Shown here in pieces: positions 46,790 through 55,577 of a stretch of 64,000 nucleotides of DNA. Position 1 is the first letter of the stretch. Each line of letters begins with the position of its first letter. The notes under the pieces are model-generated. The model did not search any database. It was not told the origin of the DNA and saw nothing but the letters and a program-made list of their open reading frames with translations. The DNA is from an uncultured Gemmatimonadales bacterium (GTDB lineage: Bacteria > Gemmatimonadota > Gemmatimonadetes > Gemmatimonadales > GWC2-71-9): positions 58,702-122,701 of the forward strand of contig CAVSLY010000017.1 of assembly GCA_963728705.1 (NCBI GenBank). The letters are read 5' to 3'. The position numbers and the translations under genes are program-made.

Positions 46790-48255
46790 CGGTACTGGCG
46801 CTCCTCGCCCTTCCGCTCGCAACCGCCGCCCAGTCCCTCCCCCACCGCCTCGACGCCCGGCTCGACGCGCCACCCTACGACCGCCACCTCTGGGGCGTCG
46901 CGCTGGTGAACGAGAAAGGCGCGCTGGTCTACGGCCGGAACCCGCGCCAGCTCTTCATCCCCGCGAGCAACACTAAGATCGTCGTCGCCGCCGTGGCCTC
47001 GGCGCTGCTGCCGCCCGACTGGACGGTGAAGACCAGCCTCTACGCCAACGGTCCCGTCACTGGCGGCGTGCTCCAGGGCGACCTCATCCTCTACGGCCGT
47101 GGCGATCCGACCTTCGGCAAACGCTGCTTCGCCACCGACACGCTGCGCGAGGGCGCCTGCGAGACCGACTCGTTCACCCGCCTGCGCGAGCTCGCCGAAG
47201 GGCTCCGGAAGCGCGGCGTGCGCCAGGTCCGCGGCGACCTGGTGGGCGACGGGAGCTGGTTCGAGCCCCTCACGGTCCATCCCGGATGGGAGACCTTCGA
47301 CATCAACTGGTGGTACGCGGCGCCCGTCACCGGGCTCGGCTTCAACGACAACAGCGTGGACTTCGTCTGGGGTCCGGGCACCGAGCCCGGCACGCCGGCG
47401 GTGATCACCATGTCGCCCGACGTGGGCGACGTGGTCTTCGAGAACCGCACCGTCACCGTGCCGGCCGGCGGCCGCTCCGATATCGGCGACCGCTTCTTCC
47501 GTGAGTCTGGCACGCTCAGCGTGTGGGCCGAAGGCACGGTCGCGCTCGACAAGCCGACGCAGACCGAGTCGTTTGCGATGCCGGATCCGAACCTCTTCAC
47601 CGCGCGCGCCTTCCGGCAGGTGCTGCAGGAGGTGGGAATCGCGATCACCGGCACCACCCGCTCGACCACCGACTCGATGCTCTACCGCCCCGCCCGGCGC
47701 ACGCCGCCGCTGGCGGAGATCACGTCCCGTCCGCTGCGAGAGTGGATCTTCCCGATCCTCAACCGGAGCCAGAACTGGTTCGCCGAGATGGTCCTCAAGC
47801 AGCTGGGCCGCCAATTCGGTCGCGGCGGATCGTGGACCGAGGGGCTCTCGGTCGAGCGCCGGTTCCTGATCGACTCGGTGCGTGTGGACTCGACCGAGTT
47901 CTCGCTGTCGGACGGATCGGGCCTCTCGAGCGGAAACCTGGTGAGCCCCGCCGCGTTCACCAAGATCCTGCGCTTCATCCGGGGCCATCCCCGGGCAGCG
48001 ACGTTTCTCGCCGCGCTGCCCCAATCGGGACAGGTCGGCTCGCTGAAGAGCCGGTTCCTTCGGACCCCGCTCGAGGGCCGGGTGCGTGCCAAGGACGGCA
48101 GCATCGCCGGGGTGAACGCGCTCTCGGGCTTCATCGAGCGGCCGGACGGCAAGGTGTGGACGTTCTCGGTCCAGGCGAACCATCACGCGCAGGTTGGGCG
48201 GGCGGTGATTCAACAGATCGACAGCGTGGTGGTGGAGATGGGACGGGGGAAGTAA
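46783..48255 (+). CDS. dacB: D-alanyl-D-alanine carboxypeptidase/endopeptidase (PBP4, S13 family)
   Basis: ATG 46783 in ORF 46597..48255. Signal peptide MTAVLALLALPLATAAQ. Sequence FIPASNTKIV (SxxK), SDGSGLS, AKDGSI(A)GV. Confidence 0.85.
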   Translation: MTAVLALLALPLATAAQSLPHRLDARLDAPPYDRHLWGVALVNEKGALVYGRNPRQLFIPASNTKIVVAAVASALLPPDWTVKTSLYANGPVTGGVLQGDLILYGRGDPTFGKRCFATDTLREGACETDSFTRLRELAEGLRKRGVRQVRGDLVGDGSWFEPLTVHPGWETFDINWWYAAPVTGLGFNDNSVDFVWGPGTEPGTPAVITMSPDVGDVVFENRTVTVPAGGRSDIGDRFFRESGTLSVWAEGTVALDKPTQTESFAMPDPNLFTARAFRQVLQEVGIAITGTTRSTTDSMLYRPARRTPPLAEITSRPLREWIFPILNRSQNWFAEMVLKQLGRQFGRGGSWTEGLSVERRFLIDSVRVDSTEFSLSDGSGLSSGNLVSPAAFTKILRFIRGHPRAATFLAALPQSGQVGSLKSRFLRTPLEGRVRAKDGSIAGVNALSGFIERPDGKVWTFSVQANHHAQVGRAVIQQIDSVVVEMGRGK

Positions 48256-48270
48256 GGTTCAGCATCGCTC

Positions 48271-48295
48271 GTCATCCTGAGCGGAGCGAAGGATG
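48271..48295. repeat. Family-2 repeat, solitary unit
   Basis: gtcatcctgagcggagcgaaggatg, between dacB and sixA. Confidence 0.6.
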
Positions 48296-48326
48296 GCACC
48301 ACTCCCTCGTACCGGAGCCCCCCGCT

Positions 48327-48815
48327 ATGCTCCTCCTCCTCATCCGCCACGCCAATGCCGGCGACCGCGACCCCCAGCGCTGGCCCGACGACCGCGACCG
48401 CCCGCTCACCGACAAGGGTCGGAAGACCCAGCGCGACGTGAGCCGCTTCCTCCTCAAGCGCGACTTCGTGCCCACGCTGGTGCTCACGAGTCCGTGGGCC
48501 CGCGCGGCCGAAACCGCGGAGATCCTGGTCCGCGAGCTCCATTCGTCGAAACCGCCGGTACCGTGCGATGCGCTGGCAGACAAACCTGACTTGGCGCGCC
48601 TGGCGGAGGCCATCGGCGAGCCCGGTCCGGACGCCATCGTCGCCCTGGTGGGTCATTCGCCGTGGATGGAGGAGCTGGCAAGCCTGCTGCTCGGCGGAAA
48701 GGCGGAGGGAGTGCGGATCGACTATCCGAAGAGCGGGGTGATGGGAATCGACGTCGAAAAGCCGGAGGCGGGAGCGGGGGAGCTACGGTTTTTCCTGCGC
48801 CCCAAGATGGTGTAG
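48327..48815 (+). CDS. sixA: Phosphohistidine phosphatase SixA
   Basis: ATG 48327 in the frame of ORF 47523..48815. Sequence MLLLLIRHANAGDR...LTDKGRKT...LTSPWARAAETA...LVGHSPWM. Confidence 0.8.
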   Translation: MLLLLIRHANAGDRDPQRWPDDRDRPLTDKGRKTQRDVSRFLLKRDFVPTLVLTSPWARAAETAEILVRELHSSKPPVPCDALADKPDLARLAEAIGEPGPDAIVALVGHSPWMEELASLLLGGKAEGVRIDYPKSGVMGIDVEKPEAGAGELRFFLRPKMV

Positions 48816-48824
48816 CGCGAGTCA

Positions 48825-48857
48825 CCTTCCGTCTTCCCGTCCTCCCGTCCTTCCGCC
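48825..48857. repeat. Tandem CCGTC octamer tract (family 3, opposite orientation)
   Basis: ccttccgtc-ttcccgtc-ctcccgtc-cttccgcc: four tandem YYCCGYC-type units in the convergent gap between sixA and the FNR gene. Confidence 0.6.
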
Positions 48858-48862
48858 CCCCC

Positions 48863-49891
48863 TCAATCCTCCTTCTGCCCGAAAATCGCCAGGTTCGACG
48901 AATGCCCAGGATTCACCTTTGCCTTGGGGTTGATCAGGTGCACCGCGTTGTTCACCGCGATGCACGCCTCCGACGCGCCCGTCGCGATCAGCTTGAGCTT
49001 GCCGGGATAGGCCGTGATGTCGCCCGCGGCGTAGATGCCGGGGACGTTGGTCTCCATCAACTGGTTGACCTTGACGTCCGCCTTCTCGGTGTCTAGCCCC
49101 CACTGCTTGATGGCGCCGAGGTCGGAGTGGAAGCCCAGCAGCGGGATGATGGCGTCGAGCTCGAGGGTCTGCTCTTCCTTGGTCTTGTTGTTGAAGATGG
49201 TGACCCGCTCGACCTGCCCGTTGCCCTCGATCTTCTTCACCTCCCAGAACGTGCGGAGGTCGCACCGCCCCTGGCGGCAGAGCTCCTCGACCTGGTGGAT
49301 CGTGGCGGCGTGCGCGCGGAAGCCGTCGCGCCGGTGGATGAGCATGATCGACTCGGCGACGCCCTGGAGGTTCACCGCCCAGTCGAACGCCGAGTCGCCG
49401 CCGCCGACCAGCAGCACGCGCCGGCCCGCGAACGCCTTCGGATCGAGCACCTTGAAGAAAAGGCCCTTCTCCTCGAATGCATCCTCGTCCGCGACGCCGA
49501 GCCGCCGCGCCTCGAACGCGCCGATGCCCGCCGCGATGACGATGGTGCGGGACGGGTAGTCGCCCCCGTCGGTCTCGAGCACGAAATGGCCGCCCTCGCC
49601 GTCCTCGACCCGGCGGAGCCCGGTGACGATCTCGCCCAGATGCGTGGTGGCGCCGAACTGCAGCCCCTGGATCGCCATGTCCCGCACCAGATCCTTGGCC
49701 AACACCTTGGGGAAGCCGGCCACGTCGAAGATGTACTTCTCCGGATAGAGGGCCATGAGCTGGCCCCCGAGCGCGGGCAAGGCGTCGATGATGCGGGCCG
49801 ATGCCCCCCGCATCCCGGCGTAGAAGGCCGCGAACAGCCCGGTGGGCCCCCCGCCGATGATCGAAATGTCCTTCAGCTCCTGCTCGGCCAC
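48863..49891 (-). CDS. Ferredoxin-NADP+ reductase, thioredoxin-reductase-like type
   Basis: ORF of 342 aa. Sequence IIGGGPTGLFAAFYAG (FAD), LVGGGDSAFDWA (NADPH), GIYAAGD. AGGAG sits 6 nt before the GTG start. Confidence 0.8.
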   Translation of the reverse strand: MAEQELKDISIIGGGPTGLFAAFYAGMRGASARIIDALPALGGQLMALYPEKYIFDVAGFPKVLAKDLVRDMAIQGLQFGATTHLGEIVTGLRRVEDGEGGHFVLETDGGDYPSRTIVIAAGIGAFEARRLGVADEDAFEEKGLFFKVLDPKAFAGRRVLLVGGGDSAFDWAVNLQGVAESIMLIHRRDGFRAHAATIHQVEELCRQGRCDLRTFWEVKKIEGNGQVERVTIFNNKTKEEQTLELDAIIPLLGFHSDLGAIKQWGLDTEKADVKVNQLMETNVPGIYAAGDITAYPGKLKLIATGASEACIAVNNAVHLINPKAKVNPGHSSNLAIFGQKED

Positions 49892-50011
49892 GTCGGCTCC
49901 TGCGTGTACGGTCGGCGTTTCGGGAACAAGCGGTGGAATGTATAAAAATAACGGCTCCTGTCAGGCCCCCCACCCTTCCCCTCGACCGCGGGAGCCATCA
50001 CATTGCCGCCC

Positions 50012-51175
50012 ATGTCGCCCCGGCGCGCGTCCGTTTCCACGCTCCTTCCCCTCGTGGCGCTCCCGCTGCTGCTCTCGATGGGGCTGGGCGCCTGTCGGGG
50101 CGCCGGCCGCTTCCTGGGCGAGCTGCTGCGCGAGCGCCCGCCGGCGCCGCTCGACTCCCTCGGCCTCACGAGCGATGCACGGCTCGACTCGACCGGCACG
50201 CTGGCGGGGAGCTTCGTCGGCGAAGGGACCAGCCGCGCGGTGCATCTGCTGTCGAGCGACACCGCGTTCATCACCCAGCTGCTCCGGCGCTACCGGCCCG
50301 ACCTGGCCGCGGCGCGCGACCCGTGGGGGGCGCTCGCCCGCGAGCGCGTCGTGACCCTCGGCGGCCCGGAGCGGCGACGGACCGTGGCGGGGTCGGGACC
50401 GACGGTCGAGTCGGCCGTCGTCGGTTCGCCACTCGGGCATACCGAGGTCGCGGTCGAGGCGATGCTCATCCGAGGTGGAGCGGGCGGGCGCGGATGCGGC
50501 GCGCGCGGCGCGCAGGTCGAGATCATCGTAGCGGATGAGCGGCCCCGCGGCGATCCGCCGCTCCGGGGTCCGGTGCTGGGCTCGCTTCGCGCCGGCGTTG
50601 CGGCGGAGCGGCACGAGCGCGGGCTCGTCCGGCGCGACCCGGTGGCCCCACCGTCGGCGGCGCTGACTCATGAGCTCGTGGGCCGCACCGAGCGCGTTCT
50701 CGACTCGGTGCTCGCCGCGGACAATCGCTCGCTCCAGCTCCACGCCGACCCCGACACCAGGATCGAGATCAACACCCTGGCCGACGCCGACGCCGCCGAC
50801 GTCATCGCCTTCCGAGTGGCCGACGACCGCGTGCGCTACGCCGTCTCGCTCCGGGCGCGCCGCATCGCGGCCCGGGGCGACACGCTCGTGGCCACCGCCG
50901 TCATGGCCTGGGATAGCGCCGGCGCGTGGCAGCAGACCATCTTGCGCCCCACGTTGCTCGCGCTCCGGCGCGGGCGCATCGAGCCCTGGAGCGCGACGGC
51001 TCGGCGCCCCATCTACTGGCGGCGGCTGCAGCCGATCAGCGACTTCGCGTTCCGCCGCGACGATCTCTGGATGGAGCAGGTCGACGTACGCGACGGCAGC
51101 GTGCGCTGGGGCATCGTGCAGCCGCGGGAGAACCTGGTGGTGGCCGCTGCGGAGGTGGACGGACCATGTCGATGA
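50012..51175 (+). CDS. Hypothetical lipoprotein
   Basis: ATG 50012 in ORF 50003..51175. Lipobox in MSPRRASVSTLLPLVALPLLLSMGLGAC. No other motif recognised. Confidence 0.55.
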   Translation: MSPRRASVSTLLPLVALPLLLSMGLGACRGAGRFLGELLRERPPAPLDSLGLTSDARLDSTGTLAGSFVGEGTSRAVHLLSSDTAFITQLLRRYRPDLAAARDPWGALARERVVTLGGPERRRTVAGSGPTVESAVVGSPLGHTEVAVEAMLIRGGAGGRGCGARGAQVEIIVADERPRGDPPLRGPVLGSLRAGVAAERHERGLVRRDPVAPPSAALTHELVGRTERVLDSVLAADNRSLQLHADPDTRIEINTLADADAADVIAFRVADDRVRYAVSLRARRIAARGDTLVATAVMAWDSAGAWQQTILRPTLLALRRGRIEPWSATARRPIYWRRLQPISDFAFRRDDLWMEQVDVRDGSVRWGIVQPRENLVVAAAEVDGPCR

Positions 51176-51717
51176 AGATCTACACGCGCACGGGCGACGA
51201 GGGCGACACCGGACTCTTCGGCGGCGGTCGCGTGCCCAAGGACCATCCCCGAGTCATCGCTTACGGCGACGTGGACGAGCTCAACTCGGCGCTCGGCGTG
51301 GTGCGCGCCACCCAGCCGGTGCACTTCTTCGACGACCTGCTCGAGACGGTGCAGCGCGACCTGTTCGCCATCGGCGGCCACCTCGCCACCCCCGATCCGG
51401 AGAAGGTGGCCGCCGCGCTCGAGAAGGCGGAGCTGTCTGCCGAGCGGGTGAGTCAGTTCGAACAGGTCATGGACGCGGCCGACCAGGAGCTGCCGCCGCT
51501 TCGGGCGTTCGTGCTGCCGGCCGGCACGCCCAAGGCCGCGGCGCTCCACCTGGCGCGCACCGTTTGCCGCCGCGCCGAGCGGAGCGTGGTGCACCTGGCG
51601 CACGAGGCGGCGGTGCCGGCGCTGTTCGTCGTCTACCTCAATCGCCTGTCCGATTTCCTGTTCACCCTGGCCCGCCTGGCCAACCACCGCGACGGCGCGG
51701 GCGACGTCACGTGGTAG
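51166..51717 (+). CDS. ATP:cob(I)alamin adenosyltransferase, PduO type
   Basis: ATG 51166 in the frame of ORF 50926..51717. Sequence MKIYTRTGDEGDTGLFGG...NSALG...RRAERS...YLNRLSDFLF. Confidence 0.85.
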   Translation: MSMKIYTRTGDEGDTGLFGGGRVPKDHPRVIAYGDVDELNSALGVVRATQPVHFFDDLLETVQRDLFAIGGHLATPDPEKVAAALEKAELSAERVSQFEQVMDAADQELPPLRAFVLPAGTPKAAALHLARTVCRRAERSVVHLAHEAAVPALFVVYLNRLSDFLFTLARLANHRDGAGDVTW

Positions 51718-52817
51718 CCCCGACCACGCGCGTCCCTGCTCCGATCATCGTCACCCACGCGCTCGGCCGCTACCCGGTCTACGTCGAACCCGGCGTGCTC
51801 GGCCGCCTCGAGGCGCTGGTGGCCGAGCACCTGCCCGGGGCGCGTGTCGCTGTCGTCGCCGACGCCGCGGTGCACCAGCTCCTGCAGGCCGGGCGCTTCG
51901 GACGCGGCCCGTGGGAGGGCGCGGCGCTCACCTTCCCGCCCGGCGAGTCGTCCAAGACCCGCGAGCAGTGGGCCCGGCTCACCGACGCGCTGCTCGAGCA
52001 GGGCTTTGGGCGCGATAGCGGCCTCGTCTCCCTCGGCGGCGGCGTGGCGGGCGACCTGGCGGGCTTCGTCGCCGCCACCTACATGCGCGGGTTGCCGTAC
52101 CTCCAGGTACCGACCACGCTGCTCGCCATGCTCGACGCGTCGGTGGGCGGCAAGACCGGCATCGACACGCCGCAGGGCAAGAACCTGATCGGGGCCTTCC
52201 ACCCGCCGGCCGCCGTGGTCGCCGACCCCCGCGTCCTCTCCACCCTGCCCGAGCGCGACTTCCGCGGCGGCATGGCGGAGGCGGTCAAGCACGGGCTCAT
52301 CGCCGACGCGGGTTACTTCGCGTGGATGGACGACAACGCGGAGGCGCTGCTCCGCCGTGACGAAGCGGCGCTCACGCGGCTGGTGCGCCGGAGTGTGGAG
52401 ATCAAGGCGGAGGTCGTGGGAGCCGACGAGCGCGAGGCGGGCCGCCGGGCAATCCTCAACGCCGGGCACACCGTGGCCCACGCGCTCGAGCACACGACCG
52501 GCTACGCGTTGCCGCACGGCGAGGCCGTGGCGCTCGGCCTGGTGGCGGAGTGCGAGCTGGCCGAGGCGATCGGCGCGGCCCCCGAGGGCCTCCGCCTCCG
52601 AGTGTCGGCCCTGCTCGAGCAGCTCGGCCTGCCGGTCCGCGCGGCCGAAGCACTCGACCCGGACCGGGTGATGGCGGCGATGGCGAGCGACAAGAAGAAC
52701 CGGGCCGCCCGCGTGCGCTTCGCGCTGCCCAGCCGGCTCGGCGAAATGCACGCGGAGGCATGGACACAGGAAGCGCCGGACGATGCCGTCCGGCGCTCGC
52801 TGCAGGTCATCCTGTAA
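51711..52817 (+). CDS. aroB: 3-dehydroquinate synthase
   Basis: GTG 51711 in the frame of ORF 50670..52817. Sequence GESSKT...LGGGVAGDLAGFVAATYMRG...PTTLLAMLDASVGGKTGI...NAGHTVAHALE. Confidence 0.9.
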   Translation: MVAPTTRVPAPIIVTHALGRYPVYVEPGVLGRLEALVAEHLPGARVAVVADAAVHQLLQAGRFGRGPWEGAALTFPPGESSKTREQWARLTDALLEQGFGRDSGLVSLGGGVAGDLAGFVAATYMRGLPYLQVPTTLLAMLDASVGGKTGIDTPQGKNLIGAFHPPAAVVADPRVLSTLPERDFRGGMAEAVKHGLIADAGYFAWMDDNAEALLRRDEAALTRLVRRSVEIKAEVVGADEREAGRRAILNAGHTVAHALEHTTGYALPHGEAVALGLVAECELAEAIGAAPEGLRLRVSALLEQLGLPVRAAEALDPDRVMAAMASDKKNRAARVRFALPSRLGEMHAEAWTQEAPDDAVRRSLQVIL

Positions 52818-52821
52818 CCGA

Positions 52822-54003
52822 TCAGAGCGGATTCAGCACCTCGACCGGCGTGAACCGGTCATTGTGCGACGTGCCGTCTCCCAGTTGGCCCTGCTCGTTG
52901 TCGCCCCAGCAGAACGCGCGGTTGCTGGTGGTGACGCCGCAGGTGTAGAACCCGATGACCGACGCGCTCAACCCCCGATACGTCCGGCCCCCGGCTACCT
53001 GCGTGGGGGGATCCACGGCCGCCGGGCCGCTACCGATGCCGAGGGCTCCCTGCTGGTTGCTCCCCCAGCAGAACGCGCCGCCCGCATAGGTGAGACCACA
53101 GGTGTGGAAGCTGCCGGGGTTCACATACAGCCAGGCCCTGGTCGGAGCGATGGGCGTCGTGGGGGCGGTAGTCGCCCAGAAGCCGCAGTACAGCCGATCT
53201 GTGGTGCTGACGCCGCAGACGTAGATGTTGTCCGTGAAGGGGCCGGACCCGTTCATGCTGATAGCTCCCGAGGCGGGCAGCAGCTGCCGGAAGGCCACCG
53301 TACCGGGGATTGCGCGAGGCGTCTTCGACCAGAGAAAGCCCCAGCAGTAGCCGCGGTTGCTGGTCGTGGTTCCGCAGGTGTGGGACCAGGCGGTCATCAC
53401 TCGCCGCCATTTGAGGTCGCCCGCGATCCGTACCGGCACGGTCGAGGCGGTGACTCCGGCCACGCCCATTTGACCATAGTCGTTGTTGCCCCAGCAGTAG
53501 GCCACGCTCCCGGTGGTCACGCCGCAGGTATAGCTGACGCCGGGGCTCACCTGCCGCCACTTCCGCCCGCCGGCCACCAGCTTGGGCGTCAGCTGAGAGA
53601 CGGCCGTCCCATTGCCCAGCTGACCCGATGACCCAGCTCCCCAACAGTAGGCCAGGCTGTCGGTGGTGACACCGCAAGTGTGACCCATTCCTGCCCGGAT
53701 CTCCATGAACTTGTGCCCGCCGAGCACCTTGACCGGCCGCAGGCGGCTGATCGTCGTACCGTCGCCGAGGGCGCCGCCGGTCCCCCAGCAGTACGCGATG
53801 TTGGCCGTGGTGACGGCACAGGTGTGCTGCCATCCGACGGCGATCTGGCGCCAGGAGACGGCCACGGCCGTGACGGCGAGGTCGGGTGAGTCACCGGGTC
53901 CGGGGGACGGCTCGGTGCCGCGCTCGCAGGCGCCGGCGGTCAGGATCGACACGGTCAACAGCAATGCTCGGGTGAGAGCGGTGCGGGTCGGCTGGATTGG
54001 CAT
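52822..54003 (-). CDS. RCC1-repeat (seven-bladed beta-propeller) lipoprotein
   Basis: ORF of 393 aa. Lipobox LLTVSILTAGAC. Seven repeats of HTCGVTT...AYCWG..(G)QLG(D/N)G. Confidence 0.8.
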   Translation of the reverse strand: MPIQPTRTALTRALLLTVSILTAGACERGTEPSPGPGDSPDLAVTAVAVSWRQIAVGWQHTCAVTTANIAYCWGTGGALGDGTTISRLRPVKVLGGHKFMEIRAGMGHTCGVTTDSLAYCWGAGSSGQLGNGTAVSQLTPKLVAGGRKWRQVSPGVSYTCGVTTGSVAYCWGNNDYGQMGVAGVTASTVPVRIAGDLKWRRVMTAWSHTCGTTTSNRGYCWGFLWSKTPRAIPGTVAFRQLLPASGAISMNGSGPFTDNIYVCGVSTTDRLYCGFWATTAPTTPIAPTRAWLYVNPGSFHTCGLTYAGGAFCWGSNQQGALGIGSGPAAVDPPTQVAGGRTYRGLSASVIGFYTCGVTTSNRAFCWGDNEQGQLGDGTSHNDRFTPVEVLNPL

Positions 54004-54093
54004 GGGGTTGCCTCGATCGCGCGGGGAACGGTCGTTACGATCGTGACCATGCTAGCGCGGCGGTCTCAAGCAGATTTCAAGCGCCGGAGTCCC

Positions 54094-54210
54094 CCGTCAT
54101 CCCGAGCCCGAGCGGAGCGAGGGGGAGGGACCTTCTCGCCTCGCCCCGACCGCCACGACGAGCCCAGCGAACTCGCTGGCAAGATCCCTCGACCCGCTCG
54201 GAGGGATGGA
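54094..54210. repeat. Family-2 hairpin repeat: one intact unit facing a degenerate inverted unit
   Basis: ccgtcatcccgagcccgagcggagcgagggggagggacct (54094-54133) faces agatccctcgacccgctcggagggatgga (54182-54210). Inner hairpin CCAGCGA..TCGCTGG at 54164-54179. Confidence 0.75.
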
Positions 54211-54365
54211 TCTGCCTTGGTCGGCTCTAGCCTAGCAACTCAAAAACCTGCAATAAGTTACACCGAATGACGTCAGCTGGCACATCACCCAAGAATGTCT
54301 ATAAGTGGACAAAAACCCGAACCCGCTCCGCACGAACGATTTGTGATGTGGATTCAACATTTTGC

Positions 54366-54394
54366 TTGACCGCCTCATCGCTCATTCATATATT
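54366..54394 (+). promoter_or_regulatory. Sigma-70-type promoter of the sigma factor gene
   Basis: TTGACC (54366-54371), a 17-nt spacer, then TATATT (54389-54394), in an AT-richer gap about 85 nt upstream of ATG 54478. Confidence 0.5.
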
Positions 54395-54477
54395 CAGTGC
54401 CTCTCACCTCGGCCCAGCCGGCCGCCCATACGTACACAATTGACGTCTGTCCAAACTCTCGCCCGGGGTGTTTGTCT

Positions 54478-55299
54478 ATGGCCCACGTCCGTACGAAAGC
54501 TCGTATGCTGGTCCGTTCCGCCCCGTCCGGCGCCTTCGATCAATATCTCCTCGACATCCAGAAGCTCCCGATGATCTCGGATCCCGAGGAGGAGAAGCGT
54601 CTGGCCCGGCGAGCCCTCGCCGGCGACGAGACTGCGGCCGAGAGACTGGTGACGGCCAATCTCCGGTTCGTCATTTCCTACGTGAAGAAGTACCAGGGCC
54701 ACGGGCTCGACCTCTCCGAGCTGGTCGCCATCGGCAACGAAGGCCTGCTCAAGGCGGTCAAGAAGTTCGATCCCGACCACGGCGTGAAGTTCATCTCCTA
54801 CGCGGTCTGGTGGGTCCGCCAGGCAGTGCTCAAGGCGCTGGCCGAGCAGACCCGGAGCGTGCGGATCCCGCTCAACCAGAACTCGGCGCTCGTCCGCATG
54901 GCCCGCGCGCAGAGCTTTCTGGCCCAGGAGCTCGGCCGCGAGCCGACCGACGCGGAAGTTGCCACGGCGCTCAACGACACCGTAGACAACATCCGGAGCG
55001 CCCGCCGCATGACCTCCACTGAGGTCTCGCTCGACGCCCCGGTCGAGCGCCAGGACCGGAGCGCCAGCACGTTCGGCGAGCGGGTGGCCGGCACCGGCGG
55101 CGGCGAGATCGAAGAGCAGACCGACTGCCGGCTGCAGCGCGAGTTCATCGACCGCATCTTCGAGCGGCACCTGACGCCGCGCGAGCGCACGGCCGCACGG
55201 ACGCCGTGGCCCTCCGGCTCTTTCCGGGTCCGCTGGTCGCGCGGGATCAAGTCGCCGCGGTCTGGTACCCGAGCAGCGACGCCACCGCCGCCGGCCTGA
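54478..55299 (+). CDS. RpoD/SigA-family sigma-70 factor, homology ends abruptly after region 3 / start of region 4 (~55188)
   Basis: ATG 54478 in ORF 54397..55299. Sequence DQYLLDIQKLPMIS, LVTANLRFVISYVKKY, GNEGLLKAVKKFDP, FISYAVWWVRQAV, IRIP. After ...ERHLTPRER the translation (TAARTPWPSGSFRVRW...) is no longer sigma-like. Confidence 0.75.
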   Translation: MAHVRTKARMLVRSAPSGAFDQYLLDIQKLPMISDPEEEKRLARRALAGDETAAERLVTANLRFVISYVKKYQGHGLDLSELVAIGNEGLLKAVKKFDPDHGVKFISYAVWWVRQAVLKALAEQTRSVRIPLNQNSALVRMARAQSFLAQELGREPTDAEVATALNDTVDNIRSARRMTSTEVSLDAPVERQDRSASTFGERVAGTGGGEIEEQTDCRLQREFIDRIFERHLTPRERTAARTPWPSGSFRVRWSRGIKSPRSGTRAATPPPPA

Positions 55300-55577
55300 T
55301 CCGGCCGGAGTTCGCGTGGGCGGCGCTGGACTGTCCGGGCGGCTGGGCGGCGGTCCACTTCGGGCGGGTCGACCGGCCCGTCGTGCTCGGCCGGATGGCG
55401 GCCCGGCTGCTGGAGCCGATCACGGCGCAGAGCGCGCACATCGTGGTCGGCTGGCTGGAGGGCGTGTCCGGGCGCAAGCTGGCAGCGGGTTCGGCTCTCT
55501 ACTCGCGCGACGGGGTCCTGCAGGGCTTCTCGCGCCAGACCTGGATCACGCTCGCGGACCCCGGGACGCAACCATGA
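55206..55577 (+). CDS. Hotdog-fold (thioesterase-like) protein, C-terminal fragment only
   Basis: ORF of 123 aa: LRLFPGPLVARDQVAAVWYP...IRPEFAWAALDCPGGWA...VLGRMAARL...GRKLAAGSALYSRDG. The expected N-terminal half is missing. Its stop overlaps the next ATG (ATGA). Confidence 0.55.
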   Translation: MALRLFPGPLVARDQVAAVWYPSSDATAAGLIRPEFAWAALDCPGGWAAVHFGRVDRPVVLGRMAARLLEPITAQSAHIVVGWLEGVSGRKLAAGSALYSRDGVLQGFSRQTWITLADPGTQP

